A stretch of DNA of 64,000 nucleotides from assembly GCF_009914755.1 (NCBI RefSeq), contig NC_060941.1. The stretch is one strand, 5' to 3'. Shown in pieces: positions 12,578 through 26,029 of this stretch (the stretch's first letter is position 1; each line of letters opens with the position of its first letter). Under the pieces are notes generated by a model that was given only the letters and a program-made list of their open reading frames with translations, was not told the DNA's origin and did no database searches. The position numbers and the translations under genes are program-made. Source of the stretch: the human T2T-CHM13v2.0 reference genome, Homo sapiens.

Positions 12578-13136
12578 AAATTGAGACAAATTCTAAAGAT
12601 TGTTTATAACCTCAAAATTAGTTCCATGCCCTTGATGCCAGAAGCATTTCTCCTCTGGTACAGAAAAGGCAAGTTTGCATGTTGACATTAGACTCTAGTC
12701 TCTTTAAGGTAAAATTCAGGTTCTACTGATCTTTGAAGCCTTGGCATCCAGCATGAAGCATGACATAGAGTAGGTGCTTAATACTTGTAGGTGACAGAGT
12801 GAACATCAGATGAGCAAGCAGAATACATGCTGAGCACCATCAGCTTTTCTGGATATGTGGGAAATTTAATCTTTTCTCAATACGATCCCAGCCTTTCTCT
12901 ACCCAGAGACAAGCTGTTATCTGCAAAAAGTAGCAGAATTACATTCAACATCCAGACCTGCGATAGTGGCTTGAAAAGGTGTGCGACGTGTTGAATTTCA
13001 ATCCCTTTGCTGAAAATAAATGGAAAAATGTGTTATCGCTGCTCGTGTCTCTTTGGCTTATCATGTCTTTAACAGTTTTGTTAAAAAGGGAATTCAGTCT
13101 TCAGACCACTGGGAAACTATCAAGCTTTGGCTAGAG

Positions 13137-13303
13137 CAGGAATTTTCAACCCTGGTGGTATGCTGGAGCCTCCTGAGGGGTTTAAAAGAATCCCAACACA
13201 CAGGTGCACTCTACACCAATTGCATCTGAGTTTTGGCAAGTGGGATCCTGGACAAGCTCTCCAGGTAACTCAGATGTGGGCAGCCTAGGCTGAGACACCC
13301 CTG
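13137..13303. mobile_element. MER5A-like MITE
   Basis: caggaattttcaacc...aagctctccaggtaactcagatgt...ctgagacacccctg. Confidence 0.6.
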
Positions 13304-13674
13304 AGTTGGCATTTACCCATGCTGGAGCACTAGCGCCAAATAGCTGCTCCTCCGATTGCAAAATAGCAGTCAAACCAGGGGGCTCTGGAGAGTGGAAATA
13401 ATAATCCTGTGGATTACAGTATTTGATTACAGTCAGCACTTTTTATTTTTGGCAGTGGTTCCAACAAGTCAAGCAAACCCTGAATCTTTATATAAAAAAG
13501 TCATTTAGTTGGATTAAAGCTTTATTGCTTTTTGCCAACTTTTGAATTGGGTGGAAACTATTAGTGCTAGAGAAATGTCATGATTTCTTTCAGAGCAAGG
13601 TTTGTGTTACAGTTTTCCGAATCCCCAGCTCCTAGAATGAGGCCTGCCATGTGGTAGCTAGTCAAAAACGCTAC

Positions 13675-14385
13675 AATAATTACAGTAGCTGCTGCTTGCT
13701 GGGTACCTACTGTTACACTGAACACCTCATGTAATCTTCAAAACAACCATATGAGGTAGGTCCTATTAGTATCTTCCTTTAGGAAGGTGAAGAAGGCAGA
13801 ATTCTAAGACGATGCCAACATTCTGCCCCCTATTGTGCCTGCCCTATATAATCCCCTCTCCTTGAATGTGGGCCAGACCCATGAATATGATGGGATGTCG
13901 CTCCTGTGATTATATGATGGCAAAGGTGAAGAACTCTTGCAGATGTGACTAAGTTTCCTTATCAGCTGACTCTAAAGTAATCAAAAGGGAGCTTATCTTG
14001 GGTAGGCCTGGCCTTATCAGGTGAGCCCTTTAAAAGAAGTGTTAGAGATTGGAGGCCTGCTAATAAGCAAGTCACCGTGAGTACTAATGCTGTAAGGAAA
14101 TAGATTCTGCTGACATCCCAGAGCTCCAGATAAGACTCTGAGTAAGAGGACTTAGCTAAGACACCCAGATTCCCAACCCACAGAAACCATGACATAATAA
14201 ACAGGTGTTGTTTTAAGCCACTAAATATGTGATAATTTGTTATGCAGCAATAGAACACTAATACACCAGTGGAAAAGTCATGATACAGAGAGGTTAAAGG
14301 GCTTGGCCAATGATCCACATTATGAGCTGGTGGAGCTGGGAGTGAAACCCTGACATTTCTGACCCCAAGCTGTTTAATCATGTCA
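13675..14385 (-). mobile_element. MIR split by the MLT1E insertion
   Basis: atgtaatcttcaaaacaaccatatgaggtagg before 13788; gatacagagaggttaaagggcttggcc after 14265. Confidence 0.65.
13788..14265 (+). mobile_element. MLT1E-like MaLR solo LTR
   Basis: ggcagaattctaaga start; aataaacaggtgttgttttaagccactaa...ctaataca end. Confidence 0.8.
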
Positions 14386-14782
14386 CCATCACCACCATTT
14401 ATTTATAAAATGAGGCTCATTTGCACTAGCCCACTGGCTTTCTGAAAGCTATAAACTGGGACAAAACCAAGGTGGATTCAAAGTCTTGCTTGCTTTGTGC
14501 AATGATGTGGAATTAGAGGCAGGAGCTGCCAGCATATGCCACACATGTGGAGGGTCAGGGCCAGAGGCGTGGAAATGGTGTCTTTTCCAGATCCACACTC
14601 CAAGCTGTGCCCCCAAGTTGGTACGTATGTCAGTCGTGAACAAGAGAAGGACTGAAGAAGGCTGTTTTAATCACAACTGGGACCTCAAAGGCCAATTTAC
14701 TGAACATCAAATAAACCTTAAGAAAGAAAGAGATGGGGCTGTGGTCGCCTGGTGACAACCATATCTGCTTTGCTCCAGCTGA

Positions 14783-15226
<444 letters not shown>

Positions 15227-15534
15227 CAGCTTTTCCATTTTCTTAAGGAGATTGATAGAGAGAACTTTTAAGATTTGGTTATTCTCAGACTGGGGCCACA
15301 TGGGCTCTCTTGCAGGATATTGGCTGTGCTGGGTGGCCAAAGCCAGCTTTTGTCAACAGAGGTGTGTGTTCTTGTGTTGGCTTCTAAATGGTTCCTCAGA
15401 GAGGTGGTCACCACCCCCTCTGTCATCTTGTGCAAAGGCCATGGGTGTCCTGCACCAGAGCATTCCATAGGTATTTATAAGCTGAATGGTGCTGTGTGAG
15501 CTCCGATGAGCAATGTAACTCTGGAACTGCCCAC

Positions 15535-15657
15535 GACGTGGACTTTGACTCGAAGGTAGTTGAACCCTACTCTACCCTCTGGCAGCTGTGTAACCTTGGG
15601 CAAGTCACTTGACTTGTCTTAGCCTTCATTTCCTCTTCTATAAAACAGGGATAATAA
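15535..15657 (+). mobile_element. MIR 5' part, interrupted by MLT1
   Basis: gctgtgtaaccttgggcaagtcactt...tttcctcttctataaaacagggataataa; resumes near 16154 (acctgcctcataagg). Confidence 0.65.
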
Positions 15658-16153
15658 TGTTTGGGCGGACCTCCTACTCAGTATCCATTCTCCTCTCTTC
15701 TTCAGTAGGAGGAGCCTAACTGTGGGATGAAGTTAGTGTGCTCTAACTAAAACCATTTCATTGTCTTGATGCTGGGATGGCTGTAAGACCTATCTCTGGC
15801 TAGTGAGAAGTGAAAGTCTACTGGTAAAGAAGGGGTGTCTTGGAAAGTTATCATTTTCCTGTACTCAGCTAGAATGTTCCTTTTCATTTTCCCTTTACCT
15901 GCATGTCCTCTTCCTACCTGGAATGTAGATGTGATGTCCTGAGGTGAGCAGCCATCCTGTGAGCCTAAGGATAAGGAGGAGCAGAAAGCTATGAATGGTT
16001 TGGGTCTCTGATGGCATCATGGAGCCACCCACCAGCCCTTCCCTGCCTTCCTTTGGACATCTTAACACATGGTGGAAATATACTTCTCTTTCTATTGGTG
16101 ATCTTTTTTTTTCTTTTTATCCCTTCAGGCCAAATGCAATTCTAGCTGATGTA
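15658..16153 (+). mobile_element. Old MaLR LTR, MLT1I/J-like
   Basis: ggaatgtagatgtgatgtcctgaggtgagcagccatcctgtga...caaatgcaattctagctgat. Confidence 0.6.
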
Positions 16154-16575
16154 AAAACCTGCCTCATAAGGTACCTTCCCAAATATTTGAAAATACTCAG
16201 TGAGCCATCAGATGTTAACATATGCAAGAAGTCATTTGACAACTTTATTATTAAAGATCCCTTTCTAGAGATATAATCAGTGTGAAAGGAGAAGAGACAG
16301 GGATGTCTCTCTTCTTCAGTACTGACTTGTGGGAAGTAAATATCCTGGTATGGTATGGGAATGTGTGGCCAAAATATAATTTAATCAGAGTAACGAATTG
16401 CCCATCAGGCCTAATGTGTCTAATTTTGACTGAGGCAGGGAAGACCCAAGAAAGAGTTGCTCTCTGTCTTTGAACACCCCTTGCCTGAGAGAGAGTTCAC
16501 TTGAGATCTAGAAAATATGTAGGGATTTGGGGTAAGACAAGTGGGCAGTAACCAATGTATACCCCAGCAAGGCCA

Positions 16576-16870
16576 TTTTAATGGACTCACAGTTCCACGT
16601 AGCTGGGGAGGCCTCACAATCATGGCGGAAGATGAAGGAAGAGCAAAGCCATGTCTTACATGGTGGCAGTCAAGACAGCTTGTGCAGGGTAACTCCCCTT
16701 TATAAAACTATCAGATCTTGTGAGACTTATTCACCATCACGAAAACAGCACAGGAAAGACCTGGCCCCATGATTCAATTACCTCCCACTGGGTCCCCCCA
16801 TGACATATGGGAATTCTGGGAGCTACAATTCAAGATGAGATTTGGGTGGGGACACAGCCAAACCATATCA
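16576..16870 (-). mobile_element. THE1B-like LTR, truncated at its 3' end
   Basis: gactcacagttccacgtagctggggaggcctcacaatcatggcgg...gggtggggacacagccaaaccatatca. Confidence 0.9.
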
Positions 16871-17099
16871 GACATCATCTGCATCAATAGACACCAGATA
16901 TTATGGAACAAGAAGGGGATGAGCACACTTTTCTCTCCTCAGTCCAGTCACAGCCAAACCCCTGAATTTAGCTCAAGGGCTTGACTCCAGTAGGCACCTG
17001 GACCAACCAACTGGGGCTCAGTCAGAGGAAAGTGATGAGGATGGGGCAGAAAACCAAAACCCTGTTTGTTATTTAGGGCCATGACTATAGGAGTAGGAA

Positions 17100-17400
17100 T
17101 AATGGCCTGAAGAAAAGTGGACCCAGTGGAGGACATGACAGTTATTTTCAAATCTGAAGGGCTTCCACATAGAGCAAGGATCAATCTCCTCTGGCTCAGT
17201 CCCAGTGGGTGGAATTGGAACCAATGGTAAAAACTTCCAGGTTGCAATATTTGGATTTGGGTTGGGATTTGGATCTGTATATGTCAAAGACACAGTGACC
17301 CATCTCAGTGGCTGGTCCCACTGCTGGGGGTATTTAAGCACATATGGAACTACCACTTGCTGGGATGTTGTACAGGGATCCCAGCATGCATTCACCTGTT
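17100..17400 (+). mobile_element. L3/CR1 LINE fragment
   Basis: ggcctgaagaaaag...ggacatgacagttattttcaaatctgaagggc...ggaattggaaccaatgg CR1 3' motif series. Confidence 0.55.
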
Positions 17401-17438
17401 GGCTTCTTCACTCAATGAACTAATTGATTTCTTTTAGT

Positions 17439-17491
17439 TAATTGTTAATTAACTAACAGTTAATTAACTGTTAATAGTTAATTAACAATTA
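17439..17491. repeat. 53-bp AT-rich palindrome (25-bp arms, 3-nt bulge, no loop)
   Basis: taattgttaattaact-aacagttaa|ttaactgtt-aat-agttaattaacaatta; arms checked as reverse complements. Confidence 0.95.
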
Positions 17492-18099
17492 GTGGTGCCT
17501 GCCATGTGTCAGGCTCTTACAGCCTGGTCTGACTGACTACAACCTTTGAAATCTCTACTAACTTTGTGATTCTTTGATACTCTGAGTATAATTAGTTCCA
17601 TTTTGCATGGGGGAAACTGATGTACCAAGATCCGGAGTGAGTTGTACAAAGCCACGGAACACATATGTAGCGGACTCTTCATTTTCTCTGAGCTTTTGCT
17701 CTCTCTAGTCTCCTTTCTTTTTCAAACGGCTGTTTCTTTCAGAGAAAAAAAAAACACGCAAAAAAACCATCTGGGCTTGGCGAGCACGTTTGGGGAGGAT
17801 GTGCAGTTACCCAGTATTGGTCGGAAAGATGTGTTTTCCTGACTCTGGACAAATTGAAGCAAGCTCTCCCTTTGATCTGCAATCTTCCAAATTTCCCCAG
17901 ATACCCCCAAGCAGAGGCAGATTATATGCAAGGGCTGTGGTTCAGATTTGATGGAACACATGGCTTTCTCACTGGGGCGTGGCTGTGGATTCTTCAGATT
18001 CAGTCGCCCCCGCTATTCTCTGCACTTACATTCCAAAAATTGCTGTAGAAACCACACACCTCCAAGAAAGCCAATTTCTTTTTAAACATTTGTGAATCT

Positions 18100-18138
18100 T
18101 TCTCTCTCTCTCTCACACACACACAGACACACACACAC
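18100..18138. repeat. (TC)n(CA)n compound microsatellite
   Basis: Directly visible. Confidence 0.9.
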
Positions 18139-18769
18139 TACCCCACTCCATAGCCAATCTTTACATCTTATATCTGTGGCTTTTCTCTTTTAGGACCTCT
18201 TGCCTGGCAGAACCTCCATGGGTTGGGAGCACCTCATCAGGCAATGAAAGCCAACCTTACTTTTGCAGCTGGGCATCTCATAAGGAAGGAGCAGGGCCAT
18301 TCAGCTCAAGCCTCTATTCCTCCGTGGTGCATCAGGCTTGCAAGATGTAGCAAGAGCAAATTAGCAGCTGTGTAAGACTGTCTGACGCTGGTAAAAGCAT
18401 CTGTTGGGAAACTTGCTTTGTAATTTCCTGAGCATTTAGGGTCAGAAGTGGGTAGAAACCCCCAAATGGAAGAAAAGCCTAATTGCTTTCAAGTGGGAGA
18501 AAAATAAGAAACAGACAAGCTCGCATGGGTGCAGTGTGTGGATTCTGAACTGCAGGCCTCTGGGGTAAATGTTTCCAAAGCAATACTTTCTTAGGGAGCA
18601 AGAACTCACTTTCTCATGAAATGATTTATTTGGCACAGACTGGACCATATGTGGGTGGGAGTGGTGATCAAATTCACCCTCCCAACATTGCTCTGTAAGG
18701 CTGGAGATGAGTTGGAGAATGATGGATCGGAGCCCATTAGTGAGTTCTCTGTGTTAGTGTATTGGATCA

Positions 18770-18869
18770 TCTTTCTTGGTTTTAGTCACCAACGAGTTTT
18801 CAGCACCCGGAACAGTGCCTGACACATAGTGGGTGCTCAACAAACATTTGTTGAATGACAGAATGAATG
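18770..18869 (+). mobile_element. L2 3' end
   Basis: aacagtgcctgacacatagtgggtgctcaacaaacatttgttgaatgacagaatgaatg. Confidence 0.8.
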
Positions 18870-20447
18870 CACTTTTGTGTCCTAAGCTCTCTCTAAAGTT
18901 TCTATGTCTTAGTTGGCTCTGTATTTGGTTGATATCTGAAATGGAGGTTAAAAACAACAACAACAACAATAGAAAAAAGGAATTTTGATCTCTAGACAGA
19001 ACTTGAGAGAAATATAAACTGGGGAGGCTGAAAGAAAATAAGGGAGCCAACATCGCTGCGTAGGGATGTTTGGCGAGGCCACGGCTCATATGCAGACCAT
19101 TGGAAAGTGTCTCAGCCTGGTATAGGCCTGTCGTTTCTCTCACATACCTTTGAAGTTTGCATCTCACTCTGAACTCTGCAGTGAAGATTTTGCCCTTGCT
19201 TTGCTTCAAGGCCAAGGCCTTTATCCTGAGATCAAGGGTCTTCCCTCTCTCTCCTATCACTTTCGCTACATCTCTTTTCTTCTCTTTCCCTACACTGCAA
19301 TTCTCCTTAATAGCTAGTTTCAGTTCTGGATGGTAAGATTGGGCTTCGCGAAAGACCCATTTCGAAACTCTCTCTTAACAAATTCACATCTTGACAGCTT
19401 TCATTGGCCTGAATGTGATTAAAGCTGAGACTTCAGGGAATCGAAACTGTGATTTCCAAAAAGCACACAGCATCTGCATAACTAAAAACCCTCTCTGACT
19501 GTATGTGACTGGAGCTCTAGAGGAAATTTGGAGAATTTATGTACCCCCCCTTTGCCAGCTGCAGTTTGTCACTCTCTTTAGTACTTGGAGTAATAGCTCT
19601 ATGTTAATAGTCACAAAGGGTTGCATATTTTACTTACTAAATGAGGCTTAAAGATAAAACACCTTCTTTCTTTCCCTCCTCCATCAATAAGGCACACTTA
19701 GCAGAAACATCATGTAGAGCTATTTGCAAAAGGCTTGATTTCTTTAGCTGGAGAAAGAAATGGAAACACAAAGACGACTTGCCTATGTGCCTTCCCAAGC
19801 TCTCTTGGCATAGAGAGCACAGGCTCCTCTGTGTGTTGAATCCAAGGTTAGTAAGTCAGAGCTCTGAGAGCCATGGCAAGGATAGGTGATTCCTTAGGTA
19901 ATAGGTTAGGCAGGGGAGGAGGGACAAAGAGAGGCGGAAAAAAGAGAAAAAAATTTACAAGACGAGAAAAGAGGAGAGGTGGTAACATGCTTCCAGACAG
20001 CTCAGCTGCCTTTCTGTGCATCAGCTCATGACTGTGGCCTGCTGCTCTAGACACCAAATCCCCAGCTGATTCATTCCTCTTGAAGAGATGCCTCATTGGC
20101 TAGTGACTGCTCCCTGCCTTAATGGGATGTGCCTGGGGCTCAGATATGTGGTTTGCTAAGCTTGGAGACTGAACCCAACCGGGAGGAGCCCAACTCCACA
20201 GATACAAAGGCAATAAATGCGACAAAGAGTGGGGGGCCCTTGGCCAGAATCAAGCTAGTCCCTGGAGGTGGTGCTCTCTACATTTCCTTCAAATGATCAG
20301 ATTCTCTCATTGAGAAGATGGGGCTGAGTCTCCAGGACCCAGGATGCCATATGCAGCTACTGAGCTAGTGGCATGCACAGGCTTTGGTTTTATTGGAAGT
20401 CGTCCTCTTTGGCCCAACACCAGATAATACCTAAATATGAGAATTAG

Positions 20448-20814
<367 letters not shown>

Positions 20815-21290
20815 TTTTTTTTTTTTTCTTTGTCTTGTCCTAGGACATTAGCTCTGGCCTTGTCCCAAAAGGCCCTAGCTCCAGGACTCCATTTCATAAA
20901 CTGAAATGCACCAGGGCTGGGTCTGCAGCCCCGGGCTGGCCTTACCCTTTGCATCTTTACACAGTTCTGCTTTGCTGAGAGAAGGGCTTTGTTCGGCAGC
21001 CTTATCTTCTGCCTCCTTTGTCTTGTCCTCAGTGCTCCAGGCACCCTCCCACTTCTGCAACGCCTGACTGGGAGGCAAGTGCCCGTCTTCAGGTAGGCCC
21101 TCTTGCCTCTTGTTCCCATCCTTCCTCTCACGGAGAAATCTGGACAGAGAAACATCCACCCTCAGGTGTGATGTGCTGAGTGACTCAACAAACCTCAGTG
21201 GGTGACCCATCATGTGGTCACAAGAGGAAGATGTTGAACTGGAACCCCCAACTTCATGAAAAATGACTTAATCTAGAAAGGAAAGAAATG

Positions 21291-21582
21291 AGCCGGGCGC
21301 GGCTGCTCACACCTGTAATCCCGGCACTTTGGGAGGTTGAGGCAAGAGTTTGAGACCAGCCTGGGCAATATAACGAGACCTGGTCTCTACAAAAAAGCTG
21401 AAACATTAGCTGGGTGTGGTGGTGCATGCCTGTGGTCCCAGCTACTCCAGAAGCTGCGGCAGGAGGACCACTTGAGCCCAGGAGGTTGAGGCTGCAGTGA
21501 GCTATGGTGGCGTCACTGCACTATAGCCTGGGTGACACTGTACTCCACATTGAGTGACCCTGTCTCAAAAAAAAAAAAAAAA
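21291..21582 (+). mobile_element. AluJ-like with left-arm deletion
   Basis: J-type gagcccaggaggttgaggctgcagtgagctatg; about 20 bp missing after gaggc. Confidence 0.9.
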
Positions 21583-21869
21583 GAAAGAAAGAATACTGTC
21601 AGCTTATTCTTGCAAAAGATAGTAATTCCCACTTAATAGTCTCATTAAGTGGGAATACTCTTCTAAATAGTAAGACGATTGGAGAACAGGTTTTCCACAC
21701 TAATGCTTCCAGTGGTGACAACAAAGTATTTCATTTTAGAGTAAGTAGGGTCAACATACTGCATGTTAGACTGTGTTTTCTGTTTTTCAGTTCACATTAT
21801 GTTAATTATTCATTTATATATTTTTAGTAATGACCAGTTGTGCTATATGTAATGGTCAGTTTTCATGCC

Positions 21870-22022
21870 TATCTCCACTGTTAGATTATATGTTCCATGA
21901 GGTCAGAATTCTGCAAACCTTGTTCACCAATGTACCCCTACCATGTAGTACTATATCTGGCAAAAGGTAGATGCTCAATTTGTATTTGTTGGATGGATGG
22001 ATGGAGGGATAGATGGATGGAT
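21870..22022 (+). mobile_element. L2 3' end with (GGAT)n tail
   Basis: agattatatgttccatgaggtcag...gtagatgctcaat...gttggatggatggatgg. Confidence 0.7.
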
Positions 22023-22116
22023 TACAAAGTATTGGATGAAGGTAGAGAGGAAACATAGATAGTAGACTGTAGACTCTAAATATTAACTATGAAGAAGAGA
22101 GAGTTAATAGTGGTGC

Positions 22117-22440
22117 TTTTTTTTTTTTTTTTTTTTTTTGAAACAGAGTCTTGCTCAGTCACCCAGGCTGGAGGTCACTGACCTGTTCTCAGCCCACTGT
22201 AACTTCCGCCTCCCAGGTTCAAGCCATTTGCGTGCCTCAGCCTCCTGAGTAGCTGGGATTACAGGCTTGTGCCACCACGCCTGGCTAATTTTTGTATATT
22301 TAGTAGAGACAGGGTTTCACCATGTTGGCCAGGCTGGTCTCGAACTGCTGACTTCAAGTCATCCACCTGCCTCCAAGTCATCCGCCTGCCTCAGCCTCCC
22401 AAAGTGTCAGGATTACAGGCTTGAGCCACAGCACCCGGCC
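22117..22440 (-). mobile_element. AluS (Sx/Sz-like) with internal 19-bp duplication
   Basis: TSD atagtggtgc at 22107-22116 and 22442-22451; caagtcatcc(a/g)cctgcctc x2 at 22355-22392. Confidence 0.9.
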
Positions 22441-23699
22441 GATAGTGGTGCATTTTTAATCAACCTCAAGTCCACAGTGATGACCAGAGTGAGTCAGGAG
22501 CAGAAAGTCAAGGGCGTGCTTCTTCACCCAAGAAGGTTGTGTTTGGGATTGTTCAAGAGTGTCCTGCTGCATAGTAAGGGCTCAGACAACAGGCCATGAC
22601 GTTGCTTTGGCATTTTCTGGGTAGCCCACCTACAGAAGCACTAAGTGGCAACATATTTGGTAGGTTTAATATATTTTTTTCCCTGAGAGCCAAAGAAATT
22701 TAATCTGAAAACAAGGATCCTGGAGGTGATAATTAGAAGAGAATGGTTAATAATAGAGTCCCAACTGGAGCCTTATACTCACATCAGACATGGGAACTAT
22801 CCTCATCCATATTGGATAGAAACCTGAAATTTTCTCATGCCATCCAGATTAAAAAAAGATGCATCATTTTTCATTTGAGTTGCAACTTGGTGCCTACAGT
22901 TGTGTTTTTTGAAGCTTCTATTCATTTCTGATGGTTCTTTTACTCCTCTCAAAAGACTCAGCTTAAGCGGTTTATGTGTTGCACAGTTGTGACTAGCTGG
23001 GCAGTTTTTTTTTTAGGAAAACAAAATTGTTAGGCTTGGAAAAACATCTGCTCTGCGTCTGTTCGTTAGATTCCGCCAACTTTTTTAGCAAGTTGTGACA
23101 TTTGAACTGACAACCCTAAGGCATATTTCGGAACATTAAGGAAATCTATGCTCAATAAATAGGTTATTATACATCTCTCCAGTGTCCCACTGAAGAATCT
23201 GAAAGTGCTTCTTTCGCTTTGGGATTCTTGTTTATAAACTTGTAGCTCAGCATTCCCATCTATCGTATCAAGAAGATATGCAAATGATGTGAGCCCACAG
23301 GACTCAGTTAAGCCATGCCTTGTCAAGATGAATAGTTATCCAGTGACTGCTGGTGAGCTGAGATGCCCTCCCTGGGAACAAATTCTGGCACTTAAAAATC
23401 ATACTCATAAAATGTTGAAGAGAAGAGAATGCTTTTTAAAGGCCCCCATGTCAAAGAACCTGTGGGGGAACTGACCAGATTTCCATCTGTTTCAAATTAA
23501 ACGTGTTTATTATCTTTGCGTCATGCTCCCCAGCTCAGCATAATCAGTTAGAAAAAGATCTTCTGTGATCTTAGCGGAAAGCATGTTTTTATAAGTTTAT
23601 CTGGCTGCTTGCTTCCTTACACAAGCCAGCGATATTTCTTCCTTCATTTTGACTCTGAGTTGTGCTTTACTGGAGGTAAAGCATGATGTTGGTGGGCTC

Positions 23700-24690
23700 T
23701 ATTCATTTGGCACTTATTTTCTGTTTCCTGTCATGCCCCTGAATCTATGCTACATTTTGGGGATACAGTGGGAACAAGATACTCAGTAAGTAAATATATA
23801 AGTAAAGTAATTATAGTTTGCAAAAGTTGCCCTAAAGGAAATAAACATGGGAGACAGAGACAATCAAGCCAAGATTGTCAAGGACAATCTTTAGATTGGG
23901 TGGTTAGAAAAGAATTTAGAGCTGAGGCATGAAGGCTAAGAACAAGCCTCTCAAATAGAAATGGAAGGATGAGGATTCCAGGCAGAAGAAACAGCATCTG
24001 CAAAGGCTTTGAGATAGTCAAAGCCTATCAAAGCCTCTGGTCATCACTGTGGACTTGAGGTTGACTAAAAATGCACCGCATAGCTTCCTAATATGATAGA
24101 TGGGAATGCTGAGCTACAAGGGCTTGCAGTATCTGAGGGACAGAAAACCAGCCAATGTAGTTGGAGTGGACAGAGAGGGGGAAAATGGCATGGAGGGATG
24201 CCAGGTGATAAGGCTGGAGAGAAACCTGAGCCTGCCCAGGCAGGTTTTATGAGAAATATTCATGATTTTAGATTTTATTCCAAAAGCAATGGAAAGCCAA
24301 GGGAAAATGCCATGTTTGGATTTACATTTTAGGAGAATTAGGCTGGCTTATCTATGAAGAACAGATTGGAAGGGGGAAGGGGGAAGCAGGGAAGCCAGGT
24401 GGGAGGCGGTTGGCTCAGTCCAGGTGAGAGAGGACCACAGCAGCTTGCACTGGGATAGTATCATTGGAGACTGGGAGAGGAGGATGAGCTTGAGAGAGGT
24501 TTTGGAGGTAGAATTGACAAGACTTGTGGGTGCATTGGATAGAGGAGATAGACAATAGGAAGACTCAAGGGAGCTGCTAGCGTGTTGACCTGCAATGAGG
24601 TCGCTGACAGTACTAGTGACTGTGAGAAGAGTCCTAGGGAAGGAACGACTGTTTTGTGGGAAGGTGGGGAATGGAAATTCATCTTGAACC
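23700..24690 (-). mobile_element. L2 fragment interrupted by a non-L2 insert at 24018-24120
   Basis: attccaggcagaagaaacagcatctgcaaaggctttgag...; ttttggaggtagaattgacaagacttg antisense L2 motifs. Confidence 0.8.
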
Positions 24691-25569
24691 CATTAATTGG
24701 GAAGACCTGTTAGTAAGCTGTATGTAGAAATGAAGAAGTCTTTTGGCAATGTATCTCTTGAAAGGGCAAACCTTGTAACTCATTGCTGTAACTCTCAACG
24801 TAATGATGGAAACGTTTGGAAAAACATGAGATGGCACTTGAGACAACTGAAGTCCGGAAAATCAGAGATGATTCAGGGTTAGCAATAAATCTAGCAAATG
24901 ACATAGCATATGGGAAAGTGTAAACATGGGTTTTCTCCTTTGTAGCTTCCTGTCTGATTAGACCTTATTTCTGTATTGGAAACAAATGTGCTGACTGAGA
25001 TGTGGGTGCAGGGAGTGTGAGGGCTGCTTGTGCTGAGAGGGGATGGCCAAAACGTCCATCAAGGAAGATAAGCTTTATGATTCAGGGAGAGGAGGAAGTA
25101 CTCCAGGGTTGGAAGGTACGCTTAGGAAATGATACAATGTACTTATTTAATATTGTCCTTTGAGTTTTATGGAGTGCAGCCCATTTTTTTTAAAGCTACT
25201 CTTTAAAATGATATTTTCTCTGTAAATCAGGCATGAAAAAAAAATGACCTGAGGCCCTTCTTAACATTTCTTCAGTGGAGTCTCTGCCTTCCTATTAATT
25301 TTCAGCAGATTGGGCTTGTTTTTCTACCTGCCTGCCCATTTCCAAGTACAAGCTGTCCCACTCTTTGCTTATCTCTTTCTGTTTGGTGTTCAAAAGGGGT
25401 CCATGGTGCTTTTCGAAACCATAATATTTGGTTGGTTAGTGAACAGTCTGCAAAGCAAAATACATTACTTTGATGTTAGCATTGGTACCAGACCTGGAAG
25501 AGGAGATTGACCCTGCAGGTTTCTGCTTTGTGTGTGTAGAATCTCAGAATGGTGCAGGGGAGACTCCTC

Positions 25570-25830
25570 TACTGTTGGTATAGAAAAGGCTTAAGTTTTG
25601 GAGTCAGAGAGCCCTGAGTTCAGTCCTTAGTTCTGCTGTTTTCTATTTTGCAACTTTAGGCTTGTGACTTAATGTCTTTGAACCCAGTGTTTTCGTCGGT
25701 AAAGTATGGATAATTATACATATGTAAATGGCTGGGTTGTTGTGAAGAGTAAATAATATGACATATGTAAAGTTCTTAGATGATACTTATTTCATGCTGG
25801 TTACCACAAATAGTCTGTCATGCTATTATC
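25570..25830 (+). mobile_element. MIR SINE
   Basis: ttttggagtcagagagccctgagttcagtcct...gggttgttgtgaagagtaaataatatgacatatgtaaag. Confidence 0.7.
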
Positions 25831-26029
25831 ATTGAATATACAAATATAATGGTGTCAGTTTGACAGGAAATATACCTTCTTGGTTTGTAGCCCTGTAAGG
25901 GCTGTTGACAAGCACTAAAACCATGGTAAGAGGGCACCGGAGTGATGGGGTAGGGCTTCTCTGATACAGTCTAGCAAATGTTGCAAAAGGGAAGCTCCTG
26001 GTGTGTTTAACTCACTTATTTTTCAAATT

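Noticed and set aside
18754-19260. Longest ORF (168 aa, minus strand)
   Set aside because: Non-ATG start, runs through an antisense L2 tail and an (AAC)n tract, and has no recognisable domain
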